Origin: Clostridiales bacterium
Lineage (GTDB): Bacteria > Bacillota > Clostridia > Christensenellales > Aristaeellaceae
Length of the DNA: 64,000 nucleotides
Direction of reading: 5' to 3'
Assembly: GCA_004554085.1 (NCBI GenBank)
Contig: SFNY01000009.1
Location: 14,060 to 78,059 of the forward strand
Shown here: positions 56,074 to 64,000 of the stretch, piece after piece
Position numbering within the stretch: the first letter of the stretch is position 1
How the letters are laid out: the number at the start of each line of letters is the position of its first letter
The notes under the pieces: model-generated
The model's input: the letters and a program-made list of their open reading frames with translations, nothing else
The model's database searches: none
What the model was told of the DNA's origin: nothing
Translations under genes and position numbers: made by a program

Positions 56074-57600
56074 TCAGCCCTCCAGCGTCCATTCGGCCAC
56101 GTTCCAGAAGATGCCCACGCCGTGGTGGCCCAGAATCGTGTTGGGATCGATGCCCTTGAGCCGGGAGGTGGCCACGTAGTCCGCGTCGATGTAGCAGATG
56201 AAGGCGTAGGCGGGGTCGTTGGCCAGCGCAATCTGGAAGTTTGCATAGGCCTCGGCGCGCACCGCCGGGTCGTCGCTCTCCCGGGCCTCGATCAGGTACT
56301 GATCCACCAGCGCGTTGGAGTAACCGGAGTAGTTCGCGCCCTTGTCGGTGCCGAAGACCTTGTAGGTGTGGTCGTCCGCATCGAAGGGACTGCCCCAGCC
56401 GATGAGGTAGGCCATCTGTCCGCCCCAGTCCACCTTCTCGGGGATTTCGACGGAGCAGTTGATGCCCACCTGACGCAGCATCTGCGCCGCAGCCTGGGCA
56501 ATGTCCACGCGCACCTGATCGCCTGCGCCGACGCTGATGACGAAGCCGATCTCCGCACCATTGCGCTCGTAGAAGCCGCTTTTGTTCAGCGTGCAGCCGG
56601 CCTCCTCCAGTATGGCGCGCGCGCGGTCGGGGTCGTAGTCGTAGTGTTCGAAGTCCGCATAGTTGTATTCGTTGCGCTGCAGCGGGCCGTAGGCCACGAT
56701 GCCGTGCCCCAGCAGCACCGCGTCCACGATGGCCTGACGGTCGATGGCGCAGCAGATCGCCGGGATGATGTCCTTGTTCTCTGTCCAGTAGGGATTCCAG
56801 AAGTTGAACAGGATGCCGCGATAGTCGCTGGTCTCCATGCGGTAGACCGTGTAGCTTTCGTCACTTGCGAAGTTCTCCGCGTCCTTGGGGGTCAGCAGCG
56901 CCAGATCCAGCTCGCCGGTCTTCATCTGCATGGCCTGGGCGTTGTCGTCGGGCACGATCTTGAAGATGATGCGCTCGATGTTGGCCGGGCCCTTGAAGTA
57001 GTCCTCGTTGCGGGCGAGAATGACGGCCTGGCCCTCGTCCCAGCTCTCCAGCCTGTAGGGGCCGGTGCCGACGGGATTGCGGAAGAACGCGGAGGACTGC
57101 ATGTCCTCGCCCTCCAGCAGATGCTTCGGTAGGATCGCCATGGTCATGTAGTCCAGGAAGGCGGCGTTGGGCGCGGTCAGGCGGAAGGCGACGGTGTGCT
57201 CGTCGATCACTGTGATCTCCGCCACGTCCTCGTAGTTAGGGGCGTTTTCGGAGCCGTTCTCCGGATCAATGATCGCCTCGATGGTGAACTTCACGTCCTC
57301 GGCGGTGAAGGCTTCGCCGTCGTGCCACTTCACGTTCTCCTCCAGATGGAAGGTGTAGGTGAAGCTCTCTTCATCGTAGTCCCAGGACTTCGCCAGGCAG
57401 GGTACCACCTGATTGTCGCCGTCGTGGGCGGTCAGGCCGTTGAAGATCAGGATGTTGATCTCGCCGTGCTCGTCCATGGCCGGGTTGATGCGGGTGTAGT
57501 CGCCGGACGCGTAGGTCAGTGTATTGTTGCTCGTCTCCGCCAGCGCCGCATATGCAAGCGTCAGCGCAAGGATCAGCAGCAGACTCAAAAATCTCTTCAT
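56074..57600 (-). CDS. Family-5 extracellular solute-binding protein (peptide/nickel type)
   Basis: ATG at 57600 with GGAGGG RBS. Signal peptide 'MKRFLSLLLILALTLAYAALA'. SBP_bac_5-like sequence. Confidence 0.85.
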   Translation of the reverse strand: MKRFLSLLLILALTLAYAALAETSNNTLTYASGDYTRINPAMDEHGEINILIFNGLTAHDGDNQVVPCLAKSWDYDEESFTYTFHLEENVKWHDGEAFTAEDVKFTIEAIIDPENGSENAPNYEDVAEITVIDEHTVAFRLTAPNAAFLDYMTMAILPKHLLEGEDMQSSAFFRNPVGTGPYRLESWDEGQAVILARNEDYFKGPANIERIIFKIVPDDNAQAMQMKTGELDLALLTPKDAENFASDESYTVYRMETSDYRGILFNFWNPYWTENKDIIPAICCAIDRQAIVDAVLLGHGIVAYGPLQRNEYNYADFEHYDYDPDRARAILEEAGCTLNKSGFYERNGAEIGFVISVGAGDQVRVDIAQAAAQMLRQVGINCSVEIPEKVDWGGQMAYLIGWGSPFDADDHTYKVFGTDKGANYSGYSNALVDQYLIEARESDDPAVRAEAYANFQIALANDPAYAFICYIDADYVATSRLKGIDPNTILGHHGVGIFWNVAEWTLEG

Positions 57601-57734
57601 TTGAATGCCCTCCGTGTGTGTTTCAGTTTGTAAGGGCATTGTAGCAGATTCAAGGAGGCTCCACAAGCTGGGCGGGGGGATGCAAAGCGCATGTTTTCAC
57701 ATTCAATTAACAAATGGATGCGATATGCATGGGA

Positions 57735-57764
57735 AAAGCCCCGCAGAAAATCCGCAGGGCTTTT
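57735..57764 (-). terminator. Terminator downstream of aspS
   Basis: Minus strand: AAAAGCCCTGCGG..CTGCGGGGCTTTT imperfect stem followed by a T-run. Located 18 nt after the aspS stop. Confidence 0.6.
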
Positions 57765-57781
57765 GCAGGTGGTACCGGCGC

Positions 57782-59566
57782 TTATTCCTCCGCAGGCAGG
57801 TCGACCTTGATCTTCAGGGTCTCCAGCTGATCCGGTCGCACGTCGGCGGGGGTCTCCATCATCAGGCAGTTGGCGCTGGTGGCCTTGGGGAAGGCGATGA
57901 TGTCGCGCAGGCTGTCGCTGCCGGTGAGCAGCATCACCAGGCGGTCGATGCCGAAGGCCAGACCGCCGTGCGGCGGCGCGCCGTACTTGAACGCGTCGAG
58001 CAGGAAGCCGAAGCGGTGGTGGGCTTCCTCGTCGGACAGGCCGATCATCTCGAACATCTGGGCCTGCAGGTCGGCGCGGTGGATGCGGATGGAGCCGGAG
58101 GCCAGCTCGATGCCGTTCATCACCAGGTCGTAGGCGCGGGAGCGGATCTTCTCCTTGTCGCCGTCCATGTGGCAGTTGTCCTCCGCATACCAGCTGGTGA
58201 AGGGATGGTGGGCGGCCACATAGCGCTGCTCCTCCTCGCTGTACTCAAACAGCGGGAACTCGGTGACCCAGAACAGGTTGTACTTGCCCTCGTCGATCAG
58301 GCCCTTGCGCTTGGCGATCTCGCAGCGCAGCGCGCCCAGGCTCTGCCAGACGACGGCCTTCTTGTCCGCGCCGAAGAACACGATGTCGCCCGGCTCGGCG
58401 TTCATCTCCGTGCGCACGGTCTCGATCATCTCGGGGGTCATGAACTTGTTGAAGGAGGACTTCACGTTGCCGTCGGCGGTGAAGGTCATGTAGGGCAGGC
58501 CCTTGGCGCGGTAGGTCTTGACGAACTCGGCCAGAGAATCGATCTCCTTACGGGTCATGGAGGCCAGACCCTTGGCGTTGATGGCCTCCACGCGGCCGCC
58601 CTCGGCGATGGCGTTATCGAACACCACGAAGCCGCTGTTTGCCAGCTTGTCCGTCAGGTTCTTCAGGCGCATCTCGAAGCGGGTGTCGGGCTTGTCGGAG
58701 CCGTAGTTCTCCATGGCGTAGTCCCAGGTCATGCGGGGCAGGGGCAGCTGAAGCTCCACGCCCTTGACCTCCCGGAAGATGCGGGCGAACACGCCCTCGA
58801 CCACGGCGTAGATGTCCTCCTCATCGATGAAGGACATCTCGATGTCGCACTGGGTGAACTCGGGCTGACGGTCGGCGCGGTTGTCCTCGTCGCGGAAGCA
58901 GCGGGCGATCTGATAGTACTTGTCAAAGCCTGCGAGCATCAGCAGCTGCTTGTAGATCTGGGGGCTCTGGGGCAGGGCGTAGAAGGTGCCGGGATGCAGG
59001 CGGCTGGGCACCAGGAAGTCGCGCGCGCCCTCGGGCGTGGACTTGGACAGGATGGGGGTCTCCACCTCGGTGAAGCCCTGCTCGTCCAGCGCGCGGCGGA
59101 TGCAGGACACCACCTTGGAGCGCACGCGCAGCTTCTCCTGCATGGAGGGGCGGCGCAGGTCCAGATAGCGGTACTTCAGGCGCACCAGCTCGTTTTCGTC
59201 GGCCTTGTCGTCGATGTAGATCGGCGGGGTCTCGCTCTTGTTGAGCAGCACCGCGTCGCGCACCACGACCTCGATCTCGCCGGTCCTGAGCTCGCGGTTG
59301 ATGGCGCTCTCGTCGCGCAGGCGAACCTCGCCCTGCACAGTCAGCACGTACTCGCTTCTCAGGCTCTGGGCCAGATTAAGCAGCTCGGGGGAGCAGTCGT
59401 TTCCGTCAAAGACCAGCTGCACCAGACCCTCGCGGTCACGCAGCCAGACGAACACCAGTCCGCCCAGGTCGCGGGTGCGCTGCACCCAGCCGGAGAGATG
59501 CACGGTCTGACCGGCCATTTCACGGGTCAGCAGGCCGCAGTAATGATCGCGCTTGTGGGAAAGCAT
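57782..59566 (-). CDS. aspS: Aspartate--tRNA ligase
   Basis: 594 aa. Class II motifs, 'FRDEDLRADRQPEFTQ'-type region ('FRDEDNRADRQPEFTQCD'), 'GGLAFGIDR'. Confidence 0.95.
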   Translation of the reverse strand: MLSHKRDHYCGLLTREMAGQTVHLSGWVQRTRDLGGLVFVWLRDREGLVQLVFDGNDCSPELLNLAQSLRSEYVLTVQGEVRLRDESAINRELRTGEIEVVVRDAVLLNKSETPPIYIDDKADENELVRLKYRYLDLRRPSMQEKLRVRSKVVSCIRRALDEQGFTEVETPILSKSTPEGARDFLVPSRLHPGTFYALPQSPQIYKQLLMLAGFDKYYQIARCFRDEDNRADRQPEFTQCDIEMSFIDEEDIYAVVEGVFARIFREVKGVELQLPLPRMTWDYAMENYGSDKPDTRFEMRLKNLTDKLANSGFVVFDNAIAEGGRVEAINAKGLASMTRKEIDSLAEFVKTYRAKGLPYMTFTADGNVKSSFNKFMTPEMIETVRTEMNAEPGDIVFFGADKKAVVWQSLGALRCEIAKRKGLIDEGKYNLFWVTEFPLFEYSEEEQRYVAAHHPFTSWYAEDNCHMDGDKEKIRSRAYDLVMNGIELASGSIRIHRADLQAQMFEMIGLSDEEAHHRFGFLLDAFKYGAPPHGGLAFGIDRLVMLLTGSDSLRDIIAFPKATSANCLMMETPADVRPDQLETLKIKVDLPAEE

Positions 59567-59602
59567 AATCGATTCCTCCTATATAATCAGTGAATGTTGA
59601 TT

Positions 59603-60850
59603 TTACTTCGTCAGGCGTGCGACGATTTCATCGCGCGCAATTTCTTCCTCGGTGCTGTTTGCCATGTCGCGCAGCTTGACCACGCCCTTCTCAAGCTCGT
59701 CGCCGGCCAGCACGATGACCTTCTTCACGCCCAGCTTGTTGGCGTACTTGAACTGGGCCTTCATGCTGCGTGCGGCGTGATCCAGATCGGCCTTGAGACC
59801 CGCGTCGCGCAGCTCACGCACCAGCTTTACGCCCTCGAGCCGCGCCTCGTCGCCCAGCGTGACCACGAACGCGTCGTAGAGATCGGGCGCTGCGGGGGCG
59901 ATGCCGCGCAGATCCTGCACCATCAGCATGCGCTCGATGCCCATGCCGAAGCCCATGCCGGGGGTGTCGGGGCCGCCCAGCTCCTTCACCAGACCGTCGT
60001 AGCGGCCGCCGCCACAGACGGTGAGATTTCCCTGGGGGGTCTCGGTGATGATCTCGAACACGGTCTTGGTGTAGTAGTCCAGGCCGCGCACGATGCGGGG
60101 GTCGATCTCGTAGGCGATGCCCAGCGCCTCCAGGTACTTCTTCAGCCTCTCGAAGTGCTCCGCGCAGTCCGGGCAGAGGTTGTCCAGCATGGCGGGGGCG
60201 TCGGTCAACTTGTCCGCGTCCTCCTTGCAGTCCAGGATGCGCAGCGGATTGCGCTCGTACCGCTCCTGACAGGTCTTGCACAGCGTGGACAGCTTGGGCG
60301 CAAGGTAGGCCTTCAGCTTCTCATGGTAGGCCTTGCGGCACTCCGGGCAGCCGATGGAGTTGATGCTCAGCTTCAGATCGCCGATGCCGTTGGCCTCAAG
60401 CATGCGGATGGCCATCTGGATGATCTCCGCGTCCAGGGAAGCGTCCTTCGCGCCAAAGACCTCGATGCCGTTCTGGTGGAACTGGCGCAGGCGGCCGGAC
60501 TGGGGCTTCTCGTAGCGGAAGCAGGGGCAGGCGGCGTAGTAGAGCTTGCAGGGCAGGCTCTCGTTCAGGTGGCCCTCGATGAAGGCGCGCACTGCGCCCG
60601 CGGTGCCCTCGGGCTTCAAGGTGATGGAGCGGTGGCCCTTGTCCTCGAAGGTATACATCTCCTTCTGCACTACGTCGGTGGTGTCGCCAACGCCGCGCTG
60701 GAACAGCTCGGTGTGCTCGAAGATGGGCGTGCGGATCTCCCGGTAGCCCGCCTCGGCGCAGATGCGGCGCATGTTTTCATCGATGATCTGCCATCTGTAA
60801 GCGTCCTGGGGCAGCATGTCCAGCGTGCCCTTGGGTGCCTGGGTCAGCAT
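59603..60850 (-). CDS. hisS: Histidine--tRNA ligase
   Basis: ATG at 60850 ('MLTQAPKGTLDMLP') inside ORF 59603..60943. 'FRYEKPQSGRLRQFHQ' and 'GGGRYDGL' HisRS motifs. Confidence 0.95.
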   Translation of the reverse strand: MLTQAPKGTLDMLPQDAYRWQIIDENMRRICAEAGYREIRTPIFEHTELFQRGVGDTTDVVQKEMYTFEDKGHRSITLKPEGTAGAVRAFIEGHLNESLPCKLYYAACPCFRYEKPQSGRLRQFHQNGIEVFGAKDASLDAEIIQMAIRMLEANGIGDLKLSINSIGCPECRKAYHEKLKAYLAPKLSTLCKTCQERYERNPLRILDCKEDADKLTDAPAMLDNLCPDCAEHFERLKKYLEALGIAYEIDPRIVRGLDYYTKTVFEIITETPQGNLTVCGGGRYDGLVKELGGPDTPGMGFGMGIERMLMVQDLRGIAPAAPDLYDAFVVTLGDEARLEGVKLVRELRDAGLKADLDHAARSMKAQFKYANKLGVKKVIVLAGDELEKGVVKLRDMANSTEEEIARDEIVARLTK

Positions 60851-60854
60851 AGTC

Positions 60855-61100
60855 TTATCCCTCCCGATCAAAATAAAAAAGACCCCGTCCCAATGTAGGG
60901 GCGAAGGTTTCGCGGTGCCACCCTGCTTGGACATGCGCTGCATGTCCCACTCGATGCCGGTAACGCGGGCCGCGCCGCAGATGCGGATGCTCCGGGGTGT
61001 CCTTCACCAGCCCTCCGTGCGAGCGCTCCCAGCCAACGGCGCTCTTCTCTTTGGCACGTTTGGATCGGCTACTCTTCCCATCATCGCAAATCCATTTGTT
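60855..61100 (-). ncRNA. T-box leader (tRNA-sensing riboswitch) of the hisS-aspS operon
   Basis: Minus strand: GA/K-turn 'TGCGATGATGGGAAGAGTAG', 'AGAGA' box, F-box-like 'GCGTTACC', conserved T-box 'AGGGTGGCACCGCGAAA' (60911..60924 region), then 'GGGACGGGGTCTTTTTT' just before the RBS. Confidence 0.75.
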
Positions 61101-61106
61101 ACTGCC

Positions 61107-61135
61107 ATTATACGGCGCGCGGTCAGGAATGTCAA
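61107..61135 (-). promoter_or_regulatory. Consensus sigma-A promoter driving the T-box/hisS-aspS transcript
   Basis: Minus strand: TTGACA (61135..61130), 17-nt spacer, TATAAT (61112..61107). Confidence 0.6.
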
Positions 61136-61232
61136 GAAAATCGGAGAAACTTAAAACATGCGCGGTAATGCGGCGGAGACACTTGTGTTTTTCGACGTTT
61201 TCCGCTATGATAACATCGGAGCGTGATATAAC

Positions 61233-62438
61233 ATGACCGAGAGACTCTATTACGACGATTCCTATCTGACCGAATTCGACGCGGAGGTCGTGCGCGCGGA
61301 GCTGCGAAACGGCAAAAACATCGTGGCGCTGAACCGATCCGCGTTCTATCCCACCTCCGGCGGTCAGCCCTACGACACCGGAACGATCAACGATGCGCAT
61401 GTGACGGACGTGTTCGTGGACGCGGACGGCGAGGTCTGGCACGAGGTGGACGCGCCGCTGCGCGTGGGTGAAACCGTGCACGGGCGCATCGACTGGCCCC
61501 GGCGCTGGGATCACATGCAGCAGCACGGCGGAGAGCACATGATCGCCGGGGCGGTGTACAAGCTGACCGGGGGTATGACCATCGGCCTGCACCTGGGCGC
61601 GGAGGTCTCCAGCATCGACGTGCAGTTTGCCGATGGCGCGACCCACATGAGCGCGGAGATGATCGCGCGCATCGAGGACTATGTCAACGAGCGCATTCAG
61701 ATGGACGCGCCCATCCGCTGCTGGTTCCCGGACGCGCAGGAGCTGGCGGCCCTCCCGCTGCGCAAGAAGCCCACGGTGAAGGAGCACGTGCGCATCGTGG
61801 CCATGGGCGATTTCGAGATGGTGGCCTGCGGCGGCACGCACCCCAGCTCCACCGGGCAGATCGGGCTGGTGAAGATCGTTTCCGCAGCGCCGGAGCGCGG
61901 CAAGCTGCGGCTGAGCTTCGTCTGCGGCATGCGGGCGTACCGGGACTACCGCCAGAATTACAACTGCGCCTGGGCGGCGGCGAACCTGCTGAGCACCCGG
62001 CCGGAGAAGCTGCCGGAGCTGCTGGAGAGCACGCTTCAGCGCCTGAAGGATGCGGAGCGTGAGCTGAATCGGCTGCGCAGGGAGCGCCTGCTGGAGAGCA
62101 TCCCTGCAATGCTGGAGCGCGCGGAGGCGCTGCCGTGCGGCGGGAAGCTGGTGTGCACGCTTGCAGACTGCGACCCTGCGGCGCTGAAGGAGCTTGCGTC
62201 GAAGCTGATCGAAGAAGACGGCGTTGTGGCGCTGCTGGGCGCGAAAAATGGAGAGAAGTGCAATTTCGTGTTCGCCCGGAGCGCAAATATCGGTTTGCAG
62301 ATGGGCAGGCTGCTGTCCGAGGCGGCGAAGCCGCTGGGCGGTAAGGGCGGCGGACGGCCGGACTTCGCCCAGGGCGGCGGCCCTGCGGAGGTGCTGGACG
62401 CGGCGCGGGCGATGCTGATGAAGGGAGCGGAGACATGA
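61233..62438 (+). CDS. alaX: AlaX-L type alanyl-tRNA editing protein (AlaRS second-additional domain + DHHA1)
   Basis: 401 aa. 'HMQQHGGEH' and 'CGGTH' zinc motifs of the AlaRS editing domain. C-terminal 'GGKGGGRPDFAQGG' DHHA1 signature. Confidence 0.8.
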   Translation: MTERLYYDDSYLTEFDAEVVRAELRNGKNIVALNRSAFYPTSGGQPYDTGTINDAHVTDVFVDADGEVWHEVDAPLRVGETVHGRIDWPRRWDHMQQHGGEHMIAGAVYKLTGGMTIGLHLGAEVSSIDVQFADGATHMSAEMIARIEDYVNERIQMDAPIRCWFPDAQELAALPLRKKPTVKEHVRIVAMGDFEMVACGGTHPSSTGQIGLVKIVSAAPERGKLRLSFVCGMRAYRDYRQNYNCAWAAANLLSTRPEKLPELLESTLQRLKDAERELNRLRRERLLESIPAMLERAEALPCGGKLVCTLADCDPAALKELASKLIEEDGVVALLGAKNGEKCNFVFARSANIGLQMGRLLSEAAKPLGGKGGGRPDFAQGGGPAEVLDAARAMLMKGAET

Positions 62439-63118
62439 TTCCGAAATTCAAGGCGGCGCTGTTCGACATGGACGGCACGCTGCTGTGCACCATGCGCTAC
62501 TGGCGCTTCACGACGCTGGAGGTGCTGCTGGCCCACGACATCATCCCCACGGCGGAGCAGCTGGCCCAGATGTATTCCACGTCGAGCCGCAGGCTGTGCA
62601 TGCAGATTCTCGCAGAGCGCGGCCTGGAGCTGGATCAGAAGGATGTCATCCGGGAGATGGAGGGCTACATGCACCGGCACTACCTGCACGACGCCCACGC
62701 GAAGCCGAGGGTGGGGGAGTATCTCGCGAAGCTGCGCCGTGCGGGCATTCCCATGTGCGTGGCCACCGGTTCGCCCCGGGAGTATGCCCGGGACGGCCTT
62801 GCGCGCCAGGGCCTTGCGCAGCACTTCGAGTTCATCACCGACGGCTACGAGTTCGGCATGGACAAGCACGATCCGGCCTTCTTCCGCCTGATGGCGGAGA
62901 AGCTGGGCGTGGAGACGGGGGAGATGTGCGTGTTCGAGGACGCGCTCTACTCCATCAAGTCCGCGAAGGAGGCAGGCTGTCCGGTCATGGCCATCCTGGA
63001 CCCGGCGTATCAACACGACTGGGAGGAGATCAAGGCGCTCTCCGATTATTGGTTCACGGACTACGGCGAGTTGCTGCAGACCGCTGACAAAGCCCGCAAA
63101 CGCAAAAATGCCGAATGA
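62435..63118 (+). CDS. HAD-superfamily phosphatase (subfamily IA)
   Basis: 227 aa. 'ALFDMDGTL' motif I, 'VATGS' motif II, 'VFEDALYSIKSAKEAG' motif III/IV. Overlaps alaX by 4 nt. Confidence 0.85.
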   Translation: MIPKFKAALFDMDGTLLCTMRYWRFTTLEVLLAHDIIPTAEQLAQMYSTSSRRLCMQILAERGLELDQKDVIREMEGYMHRHYLHDAHAKPRVGEYLAKLRRAGIPMCVATGSPREYARDGLARQGLAQHFEFITDGYEFGMDKHDPAFFRLMAEKLGVETGEMCVFEDALYSIKSAKEAGCPVMAILDPAYQHDWEEIKALSDYWFTDYGELLQTADKARKRKNAE

Positions 63119-63146
63119 GATAACGAAAATAGTTGGCATTTTTGCT
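63104..63146 (+). terminator. Candidate terminator overlapping the HAD gene stop codon
   Basis: AAAAATGCC..GGCATTTTT stem (63104..63112 with 63135..63143), a 22-nt loop, then a T-run. Confidence 0.45.
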
Positions 63147-63490
63147 TACTGCGTCAGCTGCAGCTGCAAATTGCGGTCACTTACGTCTATGTAAGCTCCC
63201 TTATTTGCAGCCTTGCTTCCTTGTCTTGAACGCACCGAAACCGTAGCGCTTGCGCGCAGGTTTCGGCAGTGCGCCGAGGGAATTGAAAATTCCCCGGCGG
63301 TTGGTCGCGCTTGCGCAAAAGCAGTCGCTCCATGCAAAGCATGTAGCGACCTGCCCACTGCGATTCTCCGAATCCAGCAGTGGGTAGCCCGTCACCGCAC
63401 AAGCGGGGACGGGTGCATAAAGCGCAGTAGTGCGACTGCTGCCAGGCTTTCTCAGCGTCTGCAAATCGTTGACTTTGTCAACATTTGGAA

Positions 63491-63515
63491 ACCCCGGCTG
63501 CATTCGCAGTCGGGG
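63491..63515 (-). terminator. Candidate terminator downstream of the CNNM/CorC gene
   Basis: ACCCCGGCTGC-ATTC-GCAGTCGGGGT hairpin, 17 nt after the stop. The trailing T-run is weak. Confidence 0.45.
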
Positions 63516-63531
63516 TCAATGTATGCATTCA

Positions 63532-64000
63532 TCAGGCCTGCTCGGCGTCCTCCTCGGCGGGCTTGGGTACCACGCGAACCTCGGTTGCGCGGCGCTTCTC
63601 CGCCTTCTCCACGGTCACGATCAGATTGTCGCACTCGAAGCTGTCGCCGGCCTTGGGGAAGCGTCCCAGCTCCTCCCGCACCCAGCCGTTGACCGTCACC
63701 GGATCGTACTCCTTGTGGATGTCGAACAGCTCCAGCATGTCGTCCAGGTTCGCGCCGCCGTCCACCAGATAGCCGCCGTCCGGCAGCGCCCGGTACTCTT
63801 CCACGACCTCGTCGTGCTCGTCCCAGATCTCGCCGACCAGCTCCTCGAGGATGTCCTCCATGGTCACGATGCCCTGCACGCCGTCGTACTCGTCCACGAC
63901 CACGGCCATGTGGCTCTTGGTCTTTTGCAGCAGCTTCAGCAGGTCGGAGACCTTGGTGTTCTGCATCACGTAGGTGGGGGTGCTCATCAATTCGCGCACC
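63532..64000 (-). CDS. CNNM/HlyC/CorC-family protein (CBS pair + CorC_HlyC transporter-associated domain), 5' part outside the window
   Basis: ORF 63532..63999. CBS-type '[30 protein letters not shown]', then the CorC_HlyC C-terminal domain. The gene runs off the window end. Confidence 0.8.
   Translation of the reverse strand, partial: VRELMSTPTYVMQNTKVSDLLKLLQKTKSHMAVVVDEYDGVQGIVTMEDILEELVGEIWDEHDEVVEEYRALPDGGYLVDGGANLDDMLELFDIHKEYDPVTVNGWVREELGRFPKAGDSFECDNLIVTVEKAEKRRATEVRVVPKPAEEDAEQA

Overview
GC-rich chromosomal window (GC judged by eye, not computed) from a spore-forming, Clostridia-type Firmicute that carries Wood-Ljungdahl genes. Supporting signs: a spoIVFA/spoIVFB pair, a T-box leader, TGnTATAAT promoters, and cooS-cooC-acsB plus metVF. 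About 55 protein genes are supported. In order: (1) an anaerobic redox block, ldh-hdrBCA-mvhD-flxCBA-like-frdBA-like, followed by an AAEx-family transporter; (2) a phosphatase-linked putative sensory [FeFe]-hydrogenase module; (3) an ArsR regulator with an ABC exporter; (4) metV-metF and an aldo/keto reductase; (5) on the minus strand, the cell-shape cluster maf-mreBCD-mrdA-rodA-spoIVFA/B; (6) housekeeping genes (Nudix, cobB, hypoxanthine-DNA glycosylase, pdp, 5-formyl-THF cyclo-ligase); (7) a compact CODH/ACS locus (cooS-cooC-acsB) with a divergent polyferredoxin; (8) uvrBA, with uvrA broken by an internal deletion; (9) a frameshifted class A PBP; (10) one lower-GC IS481-type insertion sequence; (11) glmS, bcp, a peptide-type ABC importer, T-box-controlled hisS-aspS, alaX and a HAD hydrolase; (12) the 3' part of a CNNM/CorC-type gene at the window edge. 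No rRNA, tRNA, CRISPR array, prophage or recognisable defence locus was seen. The most unusual content is the tightly coupled Hdr/Flx cluster joined to a soluble fumarate-reductase-like pair. Next are the PAS-less sensory hydrogenase paired with a PP2C phosphatase, and a hairpin-dense 0.35-kb non-coding region near the 3' end. The many long ORFs antisense to real genes are GC-driven artefacts.
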